DNA from: Lama glama
Lineage: Eukaryota
Length of the DNA stretch: 64,000 nt
Reading direction: 5' to 3'
NCBI GenBank assembly: GCA_028534125.1
Contig: CM052818.1
Location: 30,816,001-30,880,000 of the forward strand
Positions 47,560-59,400 of the stretch are shown one piece after another. Positions within the stretch are counted from its first letter, which is position 1, and each line of letters starts with the position of its first letter. The notes under the pieces are model-generated. The model was not told the origin of the DNA and searched no databases. It saw nothing but the letters and a program-made list of their open reading frames with translations. The translations under genes were made by a program, and so were the position numbers.

Positions 47560-48520
47560 AGAATGCTGAAACATAGTCCTGAGGACATCTGGAATCCCCC
47601 ATTCTCCTCCATTCCTGCATATCCAAATCTAACCATCTTTCAATAAGCCCCAGTTCAGAGCCATGTTGTCTATGACACTTTCCCTAGTGACAGCTAACAT
47701 TTTAGATTCAGCCAGTTTCTCTGTGTCATGTAAAAATAGGTTAACTCACACAGGTCACTTATGTGCATTGCCTCTCTCAGTAGTCTGTATGCTCTTGATG
47801 GGTTTCCTCATCAGTGTCTATCAAATCCATCCCTTTCTCCCATCTGGTCTATAATTGGCCTGGTCCCAGCTTCATCATCTGGCTTGTATTTACAGCATTG
47901 GCTTCTTTTTCGGTCTGTCCATACCATTCTGGCCCCTTCCAGATTGCTTTCATCTCTGCAGCCAAAGGGAGTCTTGAAACACAGGAGTCTGATAACTTCA
48001 TCCCTCTACAACCTTCCCTGTGCTATTGAGATAAAGCCCAAAGTTTTGAACATGACCTCAAAAGCTCTGTGAGGTCCAGCTGTCCCCTTGCCCCTTTAGT
48101 CTCACCGAATTTTGTCATCCCCTCACTCAGGTCTTCTTGAAGTTCCTTAAATGCAACACGCTGCCTCTTACCACTGGGCCTTTGCACATGCAGGTCCCTG
48201 TGCCTGGAATTCTCCTTCTTTCCCATTGGCCTAAGTAACTTTGTTTTCAGCACTGAGTGCAAATCTGTAATTCTCAGAAAAGCTTCCAGTTGAGCACCCC
48301 TCTCCAGCCTAAATAAAATTCTCTTGCTACATGATCTCCTCAAACTGCATTCTTTTCCCTCTTCACCCTTGACTTACTTTATAATCACATATCAGTAATA
48401 CAGATACGTGATTGTTTATCTCCAAGGGAGCAGGGACTTGTCTGCTTTTGCTCCTTCACTATAGCAGGTAAGGCTTAACAAATACCAGGTGCTCAGTATC
48501 TATTTGGTGAATGAATGAAG
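47560..48520 (+). mobile_element. L2 LINE 3' fragment
   Basis: gggcctttgcacatgcaggtccctgtgcctggaat...ggtgctcagtatctatttggtgaatgaatgaa. Confidence 0.8.
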
Positions 48521-51314
48521 GAAGGAATTAGTGCATGGATGAGGAATGTGGGACTTTTGCTTTGAATGGGGGCTGTTGTTTGGAACTCACCCCAAAGCAC
48601 CTGTTTTCATAAGTCCTAGGAATCAGAATTAAGCATTTGGTCTCTAGAAAAATAAGTCAGAATTGAAAAAAAATGTGTGAAAACTGGTTCATGACTTAAC
48701 TTAGACTCAGGGACTATGCTGATTGATTGTGTTAATGATGATCTTCATTAGGGTGAAGCCCTCCAATTCTCTAGGAAAGTAGATTTTACTGACTAAATGA
48801 CTAGACAGATGGCTGCAGAGCAGTGTGTCAAGATGAGTTTTGGAGACAAATGTTTTTCAGTGAGGAAGAAGGTGACTGCTGTGATTAGGAGAGTGGCAGG
48901 TGGGTGGGTGGGAGTGGAGGTGGAAGATGTGGAATCTCTGGGTTGAGATCAGATACCATCATATACCATGTTGTATACAGTACACCATGGGATGGTGTAC
49001 CATCATATACCCTCCATCCAAAACCAAATCCAGGAAGATCACACAAGAGTAAATGTAGCTGAGAGTAGGTGATGGGCAAGTAAAGGTCATGGTCAAGAAA
49101 AGGATCCTGGAAAGATACAAAGAAAATGTGAAGGAACAAAAAGATGTGTTGAATGAAGGGCAGCAGTGCACAGAAGCTCTGGGAAGTAAAAAAGCTCAGG
49201 AGATTCTGATCACAGAGCTGTGGTTGACATATCTTGGGGTTCCTGTCCTCACCCAAAGCTTCCTTCTTGGGCAGTTGCCCCCAGACCAGATTGAAGAGGT
49301 TGGCCAAGGCAGTCATGACTGTAGGATGCACACTGCATTCTCAGCCAGTTGTTTGGTCTAGAGTAGTTTCCGGAGCAAAGCTGAGCCCATCAGATCCTTC
49401 CCTTGAAATCTGGAAGTAGAACGGGGAAGGGCTGAGAGAGTTATCTGTCAGACCCTTGGCCCCAGTTGTATGTGGAGCTGGGGTCGGAGTCAGCTCCAAG
49501 GCAAGCGAAAGCCGAAATGGTGGGAACAGAAGCCTGAGTGAGGAAGCAGGTGTGCAGGGAGGAGGAACTAGCACAAGGCTGAGAGAGGCAGAAATGCAAG
49601 CGTCTCCATGTCAGAGCCAGTCAGACAGAAGAGCTGCTCAGGCCCCGTGCTTTCTACTTACTTAGGTCTTCTTGCCAAGAGGCCTGGCTGGGTCAGGTGG
49701 CTGTAAGTTCCGTCTCCTTCAAGGAGGCTAGCTCCAGGGGATCTCACTCCATTCTGTCTTCAAAAACAAATGTGGGAAGCAGTCACTGATTGAGCATGTG
49801 ATGAAGTCGGCAGCTTCAACCTGAATCTGAGAGGCACCTGGGAGGACCCAGCTTTCCTCAGGACGGGAGCCATGGATGTCGTCTCAGAAGGAACAAGCTG
49901 GAAGTATCACGCCTGTCTTTCTGAAGCTGAAGGCTGGTCATTGTGTTTATGAGCACGGTTAGCATTCTCTGTTACTCACACTTGAGTGAGGGAGACCTTC
50001 CTGACTGGACATGTGACCTAGCAGGAGTTGGGCTAATGACTGGCTATGGGGGAACTGTCAGGACTGAAGTTCAATGTGGAGAGTCATCTTTGCTGCCTTG
50101 GGAGGTGGTAATGAAAGTGACAGGCACAGAAAGAATTGGTCTAGCTTCTGCCCCTTCCCGTCCAGTGGCGGCCTGGCCTAGCAAAAGCCTTATAGTCTTT
50201 CCCCTGTCCTAGATTATTTCTAAGGTGTCAGCGCCATGCTGATGCTCTTGTAAAATCACACTGACTGCTAGTGCCCTTGGACAGTGTCTCAGCCACCAAC
50301 TCTAAACGTCTTCAGATGTTCAAGTCAGCAGACCCAGCACCCTCCTCGTAGGCTGAGGTGTTGTCAGCTAGTCAGCAAGTGTTTACAGCGTGTCCCTTGG
50401 GTGCCCATCTCTGCACCAGGTGCTCTGGCCCCTTGGTTTATATGTGTGAAGAAAACAGTTAATTGACTGCTGGGTGTGCTGCTCTGGAAAGGTTCTGATG
50501 CTTTGGTGAGCATTGCCAGGGCAACCAGACCAAGAGTCCCTTAATTAATTAATACTGCAGTGATCGCATCCAACTCTAGCTAAAGAGAAGAGGAAACTGG
50601 TTGGAATGCTTTTCTTCTCTGTGAGGGGTGGGTGAGGGAGAAACAGAGTTTCACAGTGGAGGAGCAGAGGTTTTAATCTCATTTTAAAGCTGACTGGGAC
50701 AAGACACTGAAAGAACTGGCGTGGGGGTAGTTATGGATGAAAATAGTTCAGCCCATAACCAAGCGGATGACGTGCAGAAAAATGGTTGAAAGCTTACTTA
50801 GGGGAGAAGGAAACCACTGCATGAATCTATCAAGGTAGAAGTTTGGGTTCCATGTACTGGTTATCCTTCTGATCAGGGCTCCTGAGAAGACCACATAGAA
50901 AGGCTTTGGTAGAAACAGTTGGGAATTGATGAAGAAAGACACATCCATTGGGGAACTTGGACAATCGCTAATTGGATTTTGTTATTACATACACACATGC
51001 AAAAATGAAACAAAACAGACTGTGACCATAATGGTTTTTGACGTAGGGATGCAAATCCTTTCTTCCCCAAATCCTAACTGCCTTTTGGCATTTTGAGCCC
51101 CATTCTGTAACCAAAGTTTCTTGGGAATTAGGGTGGACTCCAAAGGAACTCACTTGTAGATTGGACAGAACCAGTCAGATTCTTTCTATCTTCAAGAATT
51201 TCACTAAGAAACTAAATTAGTTGATAATTAGGGGCTTGAATGGCAGTCACAGAGACCTGTGCTAGACATCCATGTCTTCCATGAGCACGAACCACACTGG
51301 GGGGACAAGGAGGA

Positions 51315-51640
51315 TTCATTCATTCATTCTTTTGTTCATCCTTTACTCATTCAAAGCTATTCACTGAGCACCTTCTATGCACCGTGTCTTCTTCTGGACA
51401 CAGATGATGCAACAGTGACTAAAACACAGCCCTTCTCATAGAGTCTACACCTGAGTGAGGCAAGGGAGAGACATAAAATAAAAAATAAAAGCTGTACGCT
51501 CAGGCAGTGATAAGTGCCATGAAGGAAAAGAAAGCCACTAAGGCCACAGAGATTGACGGCATTGAGAAGCTGCTATTTTAGATAAGGGGGACAGGAAAGG
51601 AGAAACAGGGGACAAACCATGCATCTATCTAGGGGGAAAG
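51315..51640 (-). mobile_element. L2 LINE 3' fragment
   Basis: ttcattcattcatt...tattcactgagcaccttctatgcacc. Confidence 0.75.
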
Positions 51641-54600
51641 GAAGAAGCAGGTGGCTGACAGGATTGGGGACAAGGCTTCACGTGGTCAGAGGAATGGTGA
51701 GAGGGATTCTTCTGAGATCTGGCTGTCCTTACTGTCCTTGGGTTCTGTGAGATACCCTGCTATCCATCTAATGAATTGCCCCCTTTGGCTTAAGCCAGTT
51801 TGAGCGGTTTTCCTTTTCTTGCAGTAAACAGATTTCAAAATCATCTACAAATCCGCAAGGTGAGTCTAAAGCAGTTAGAAGCTATGTAGAATTTCTGTCA
51901 AGACTCCCTGGTCAGAGCACACGGCTCTTTATCACCATCTGGTGTCAGTATCCTTCAGGTGCAGGGGCCTTAACAAAAGGGCAAAAATCAGTCTGTGAGC
52001 AAAATAGGTGACGAGAGAGAATAAATGCAACTGTTCCTTATTCCAGTTTTAGCAGATGTTGAAAATGTCAGAAATTATATTCTTGAAAGTGTTAAAAGGG
52101 TATTTATTCCTGCCAAGATCATTCCGTTTCATCTGGAGGATTCCAGGAAACTTGGAGATATTGGCTGTGATTTCTTCAAACTGAGGGTCAGAGCTGGTCC
52201 CCATCTTGGGTTCAGGTTACATAGATCACCCTGAGGTGCTCTACATGGAACCCTGGGGTAGGGTTTATTCCTGGCCTTCTGACCTCATTCTTGCTAAAGA
52301 ACCAACCAATAAGATGGGATCTCTGCAGAACTGTGTGAATCTCCAAGACACACAAATACTCAAATATCGAAAAGGAATATAAGTAACACGGCAGCTTGAG
52401 ACTATGACAGCTGTGGGACTTGTGTTTAAGGAAATAGTATTTATTGAGGGTTCTGAACACTGAACACGTTTTATCTCCTTCTGTCCCTAAGGAGTGAACC
52501 TTATTCTAAAGATGGGGAAACTGAACTGCAGAGATTAAGTACCTTGTTGGATCAGTCAAATTCTGGGTTGCAAGCTCCAGAAGGTTGCTCTGGCTGAGAA
52601 AGCAGAATAGTAGAAGGATCTGGGGAAGCTCACAGAGAACCAGGGCTAAGCTTCCAGAGGTATGCCTGTAGTTGCACTGCAAACTGGTCTGATGAGCAAA
52701 ACTCCACCACTCTTCCAGAGAACTAGATGCCAGTGCTGGTCGGTGCCAATTCTGTGCAGGTACTCAGCTTGACTATATCTGCTGGTGCTGCAAGCACTGT
52801 GCCTTTTTTGTGCCAGAAATGCACCTTTTCAGCTGCCACTCCTCCCACTGCCCTCTGTCCCTTCTTTCTTGTCTCTTCAGCTCTTATGTAAAAATTTGGC
52901 CCAGCGGTCTAGGGGAGCATAAATCTGGGGTGTAGCTGCAAGGGAGCCAGGGAAAGGAGGTGCTGGTGTTTTCAACTCTTCTGAGAGAGGCTGTTCCTGT
53001 TCCTTATCAGGAAAGGAATTCCCCCCCAGATAGTAAGTGATTCAGATGTAGGCAGCTGAACAAAAGTCACATGCCCTCCAGAGCTGCGAGAGCGACACAT
53101 CCAGTGAGGGGTGGAGCTGGCGCTCTCTTTCCAGAGCCCACTAATTCAGTCATTTGAGTGGAAGGAGATGCTTGCTTTTAAAAATTCATTGAGCAAACAC
53201 AGTATTGAGTATTTCCATCAGGTCACTCAGTGGTAGAGGCAGGGCGCCAAGGTCAAAAGACCCAGCCCTTGCCCCCAAGGTGACAGCTTATTGAGCCATC
53301 ATCACGTGGCCATGAGCAGCAGTGATGGATGACTAGTGTATTGATGACCTTCTCTGCCAGGTGCTTTGTATTTCATGTCTCTAAATCCTGACAACCACCC
53401 TGCAAGGAGATACTCTTAACCCATTTTTTTCCTCAGATGATGACACTTTCAGATGACGACACTGACACTCAGAAGGGCTATATAACATGCCCACATTGCA
53501 CAATTAAGCAGCAGCAAATCCCAGACTGTAGCCAGAGGTCTGTCTGACCAACTCTAACCTGAGGACACTGGGGGACAGAAGGATTCAGTAGCTGGACAAA
53601 AGTCTGCAGCTGATGGCAGAGGTGGGATTAGAACCCAGGCCTCCGACTCTGGTGCCTATGAGCTTAGCCACTAAGCTAAACTGACTTGACACCAGTGGGG
53701 CTCACTGCACTCCAGGTTTAGGCTGGCCTGGCCCTCTCTGCCTCCATTGTTCTGAATGCTTTTTATTCAGTCTTGAGGTTTTAACACTTGGCCTTTCCAG
53801 TTCCATCTTTTTGAGGGGTAATGACCCCCTAAGCTGGTTCCAGGAGGTAGGCATGTGTCTCTAAAACCAGATCACCCAGAGACACTCTGAGGGCAGGCTA
53901 GAGAGAACCAGGGTATTGGCCAACTGATGAAGTCTGTTCCCCGTCTGACTGTCCATGAGGAGGGCTCATTCCTAGAGTGCGTGACTTTTTCGAGAGAGAA
54001 GCTCTGGATGTTAATTCCCCTCTGTGAGACCACTGGCTTTATGGTCTCAGGGTGGCCGCCCTTATCACTGGTGAATTCCTTCCCTAAAGGACAAAGACAG
54101 AATGCTTTTAAAAAAAAAACAACCAAGAATACATACTCACAAACTATAAATCTTAAATACCTAAGTCACAGCAAACAGATGGCAATTCAACATCCAGGGT
54201 CAGTCGAGGGAATGCTTGAGGGTAACGGCACCAGATTAGATTCCCACGGTGGAGAGGGCATCTTCAGAGGTGAGGGGCGCACCCAGGAGAGGCTGCTGGT
54301 GGTGGTGAGCTTCCTAATGAGGAAAAGGGACTCTTGAAGAAGGCACGTGCTCACAGCATCTGGTGGGGGATGTGGTGACATGATGGGGCATGCTTCTGAA
54401 TTGGACAGGTCTGGCAGCCCTGAGGGTGAAGAAGAGAGAATATTCTGGAAGAGTTCATGAGAGGCCGAGAGGAAGACAGAGACAGAGAGAATTAGAGGAC
54501 TTGTTTCTTTCCTCCACATCTTTCTCCCCCACCTTCTACCACTGGTCCAGGTTCCACCGTGGTTATATAGCCTCAGTTTTCATCTTGTCCGTTAATGTGC

Positions 54601-54705
54601 ACATGGTCTGCACATATGTGCCTAAGCATTATTGTTATTGTGTGAGAATTACTGGGCCATTTCTGCTCAGTTCCTGTAAATGGGAGCCCATAGCACTTGC
54701 TTTCA

Positions 54706-54719
54706 CTCCCTCTCTCTCC

Positions 54720-54752
<33 letters not shown>
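54706..54752. repeat. (CT)n(CA)n compound microsatellite
   Basis: Directly visible. Confidence 0.93.
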
Positions 54753-54754
<2 letters not shown>

Positions 54755-56119
54755 CCTACATGCCACACCAGTGAAAACCTCAGAGCCTTTTGCTGCGCCC
54801 TGGGTATTGCTTTGTCTTTGAGAGACCAAAAAGAAAAACCCATCAGCCATCCAAGGTTTTAATTATTTATTTTTAATTACACAAGCAATGCATGAATATC
54901 TTCTGGTTGTAAAAAATTCACACAATACATATAAAATTAAAGTCTCCTCCAAGTGAAGAATTTTAAATAGCTCTGGTCCTCACCTGTCAGACTGCAGCTC
55001 TGCTGTGGGCCAGTTCTGGGGGCTATTGGTGAACCTGGCAGGGGTTGAAGGTCATTATACTGGGAAGAGTGGGGAAGCTGGAGTCACTTGTCCAAGAGAC
55101 ACGGGGTCTCCAGCTGAACTCATCCTTTCTGCTTAGAAGCTGTGGACTTTGCCAGGAATGTGCTCTTAGATTTTGGCAGTTTGCTTTACAAGGAGAGGGG
55201 AAGAGGAGGCGTGGGCTCTGCATCTCGGTAGAGATTCACCCTTTTCTCTAACACATGCTGCTTTGAGGCAGCCAGCATCAGAGGCCAATGAGGCATCCTG
55301 GCCTGCTGGCTTCTCTCCAGAGGGCCACCTTCCATCACAGGCAGAAGAAAGAATCTTCTTCATATGTCCTCTGTCCCATCTGACCTCCTGAAGGAAGTTA
55401 TTGGTTCACACCCTCTGTGAGTTTAAGGGACCTGGCACTATTTGGCCATAGCAAACAGGAAGACTTTTGTGGATTTATCTCCTCTCAACATTTTATTAGT
55501 GGATATTTCCCTATGACTCAATAAACCCCTGTCTACATTTGCTGCAGAACCAAATGGAGACCAGCAGAGGGTTTTGGAGCAGGAGTCAGAAATGCATTGA
55601 TTCAAAGAAAGATGGGAGTGGACAGGATCTTAGAGACCATCAATTTAGTGCCTCACTTTACAGGTGAAGACATCAAAGACCAGAGGACTCTGGTCTAATG
55701 CTCCAAGGCCTATAGGCAGGATGAGAAGCAGAGGGAGCACCAGAATTCCTGATTCCAGACTCCCAGGTCAGTGTTCTGTCCATTACCCCAGAGTTGGAAT
55801 CGAAGCTGCCACTGAGACCCACCTACAGGACCTGGGCAGGTTACAACAGTTCTTGTTCCAGTTGCCTCATGGCTCCTATCCATCTTGGAGTAGCACTGCT
55901 AAGGGCCTCAGATGAAATAATGACTGTTAAGTGCCATGCAAATCACCAAGCAATTTTCAAGTACCGAAAGTGAACTACATTTCAGTTACTGGCAAGACAA
56001 GCATTTGTAATTAGTCAATCAACAAGCATCACCTAGCTGAATAAACATTTTGGGAATCTGGTCAGGAAGCTTTGCTTTTTAGTTCTGTTTTGGGTTTTTA
56101 AGTTCCCTAGAAACTAGGT

Positions 56120-56440
56120 TATGTACTGAGGGTTGTATGATCTTAGGAAATTATTTTTAATTCGATTCGGTGTGATAATGGTATTGTGGTTATGCCCAGG
56201 ATGTTATTAATTTGGGGGACTGTGGGGCAAAGTATTTCTGGATTATTGTTTAGGTGTCATCTATCATGATGTCTGTAATTTATTGTTTAATAGTTCGGCA
56301 GTTATAGATGCATGTTTGTGGGTGTACACACACGTATGGCAAAAATGTTAATTTGTGAATCTTGGTGATAGGTATGTTATGTGTGGCTGTTGAGTAGACC
56401 ATCCTTGTATCTTTTTGTATATTTGGAAATGTTTATTATG
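56120..56440 (+). mobile_element. Old L1ME-like 3' end
   Basis: ggtgtgataatggtattgtggttatg...tatggcaaaaatgttaatttgtgaatcttggtgataggtat. Confidence 0.7.
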
Positions 56441-59400
56441 AAATGACTAGTAAAACACATTTTCCAGGTGGTCTTGATTCTCCCTGATGGTTTGAGCACT
56501 GCTGACGCGGAGCTGCAAGCCACTGAACAATGACAATGTGTGAGTGGGAAAATCTTTTAAATTCCCTGCTTGGTATCTTGTCAGAATTGGAACCACTTTT
56601 GCTCGGCAATACTGCTGCTTTGTTCTGCCTGTCTGAGTCACCTGGAAACCAAAGTATGAAAAAACCATCTTTTTCATTTCCAGGCAGACCTAGAGGTGAC
56701 ACTGACTTGACTTGAAGATATTGATTAGATCAGTGGTTCCCAAACTTAGGTGCCTAGAAACATCACACACAGACTTTCACCAGGCTTAGAGTGAGAAGCA
56801 GACAACTTATTGAACAGCCATCAGATGTCATTCTGATGTACATTTAGGTTTGAGATGCATATTTTAGACCTTGATGACCACAAAGCCAAAGTCATGGGTT
56901 CAATTCCCAACTTGAGAGCTGTTTAACTTTGCATGAAGGAAAGTTCTGTTCCTTGATGACATCCTGCACACCTTACCCTGTTCCACCATTTTAAAGTAGA
57001 GGTCCTGGTGGGAAAACTGGAAAAAGGGAACCAAGGGAAAGAAGATGAATGGATCAGAGCAATTTCCGATTGCAAACACATATGACTTGTTCCCCTTCTT
57101 CTGAGAATGCTACGTTCTATTGTAGAAGTGGCTGCATTTTATTGATGAGTGAAAGGGGGCCTTTGTTGTTCTCCAATTGCCCAGTGTATCAAGTATTCCA
57201 GGAATTTTGGATGGAAAGATAAAAATATCTTGTTAGTATTCGTGAATTTTGATCCGAATGAACCATGCTTTTAATGATAAACACCTGACAAGCACATACC
57301 CAGCAAGCCCAAAAGGAGAAACTGAACCTCAGGAAACAGAAAAATGAGCACCCTACCCCTCATCCTGATTAAGAACACTTTCTGGGACTTCCTCCACCGC
57401 CCTTTGGTGCAGTCCTGGTTTCTGCAGCAGGAACCAGCAGCGTCCTTCACTGACACGCCATAAAGCAGCATCCCTTATTCTTATGTAATACGTCTTTGCA
57501 GCTCAAACCTTTAATTAACCAGAGATGTCATCGAGAAAAGTTTGCCAAGGAAGAGGATGCCTGGTTTAATTAAAAAGATCTTTAATAGTTATTAAGGAAA
57601 TCAATTTGGAATTCAGGCTCAAGAGCAGTGATGGGGGAAGAAATCACTGAGAAGAACTTTGCCATCTCTCTGGGTAATGGATTTTTTAACCCTTTGATCT
57701 GCGTTGCTTCAAAATCCCTGGGGCCGTGGTGCAGGGAATGGACAGCCAAGCTTATTTATCACTTATCACTCTTGAATCTACCTTCCAGATCCAAAAGGCA
57801 TACAGAAAGCCTAACCTTCCTGGAATGCAGTTATCCTGACAATTGAAGGAAATAGGAAACCATTATAAATTGAAAATCTCCTGCCTCATAAGTATAAGCT
57901 ATTTTTTTTTCCAAGAGATGCATTATTTCTCCCTGAGGATTTGTGCTTGGACTGTACATCAGGCATCTTTCTATTACCGCTCAAACCTGCATTCTTCGGA
58001 TCAAGCCAGCAAAAGGGATTTGGCTCTTTGGAGCACAAGAGAAATATTATTTTCACTTGTCTCATGAAAATGATGACACAAAAGGTGAAATAGCCAGAGG
58101 ATGGGCAAAATAAATTGTGTAGGGGAAAACTGCAAAAAAGGAAGGAGTTTTTACTTTATAAAATAGCATTCTGCCAACAGGGGGGTGATGTTAATATCAT
58201 CCTCTGATGCAGCCCAGTTGAGTTCAAATGCTAAAAGCACTTTTCAGATAATCTATGTTTAATTAATATTTGTACAGCACTTAGAGAGGGAAACCAAAGA
58301 CAGGTGCAGAGTGTGGCTACAAAAATGACTTTCTTGTTGTGTTGTAGTGAGTTCTCAGGTGGACTGAAGTGCCTCTACCTAGAACTCCTATCATCACTCA
58401 AGGGAAACTCACCAGAGAGGATGGACCAGATCTTTTAAGGCTCAAGCCTGCACCCTAATCACCAGCTTACACATTCTTGAAGACTTGGGAACAGACGTAT
58501 TTATTTGTATTCCTCACAGCAAATTGCCCTAAATCCGTGCTCACAATGTATTTATTGATTGCTTTGCTGATTACCTATAGACTTCTGGGTGTAATTGCCT
58601 CCAAAACGTCTCAGCTCCCTGTTTCACTTGGTCTGTTGAACCTAGTGGCAGATGACACTTGGGAGAACTGGGGGTTCAGGGTAGATGTATTATAATGCAA
58701 GCTCTACTGATGAACTCGTCTTGCTGGAAGTAGATCATGTAGGTTCTGAGCTCCATTTTCCTCAATTACAAAATAAGGAGCATCAAACTAGATGGTCTTC
58801 AAGGTGCCTTCTGACTCTAATATAGTCTGATCCACAATTTCCCGTTTGTCTTGGCTGGGTATATCTGTTCTAAGTTGGTTGAATGATGGTACACAGGAAA
58901 CCACAGTGCTTATTAAGACATTTGAGGCTGAAGAACAGGTTGTAAACCAGCACGCAGGAGGCTAGATCCAGTCTACAGACCTGTTTAGTTTAGCCCACCT
59001 GATATTTGGGGGTGGGTGGTTAGGAATTGAATTAGTTAACAACAATTAAAATCCAGGGGATATCACAGAGTTGAATTTTTGCTTCTGTTGAGAAGCTGGA
59101 AAACCCTGGCTCCACTTCATCTTCATTGGCGATGATCATTTAGGGCTGCTTCCTTGTGAGTCCTACCTGGACCCCAGTGCTTCCCACTGTGTCTTCAAAA
59201 AGAAGGGTGAATATCGATTCCATTGTTTTCATTGCGTTCATTGTGTTTATGCTATTGTTTCCCTGACCCCATCCCATTTCGCTCATTCAAGGCCAATGAA
59301 GGGAAATGGGTAGAGGAAGAGGTGATTGGAAGGACAATTAGAGTCTGATGACAGCTACTCTCTGCCCTTTGAAGAGACACCTGTGCCAGCAATCTGGCTG

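Noticed and set aside
49089..49361. 90-aa ORF with a charged, helix-like N-terminus (MVKKRILERYKENVKEQK...)
   Set aside because: Purine-rich composition explains the K/E bias; no recognisable homology or exon structure
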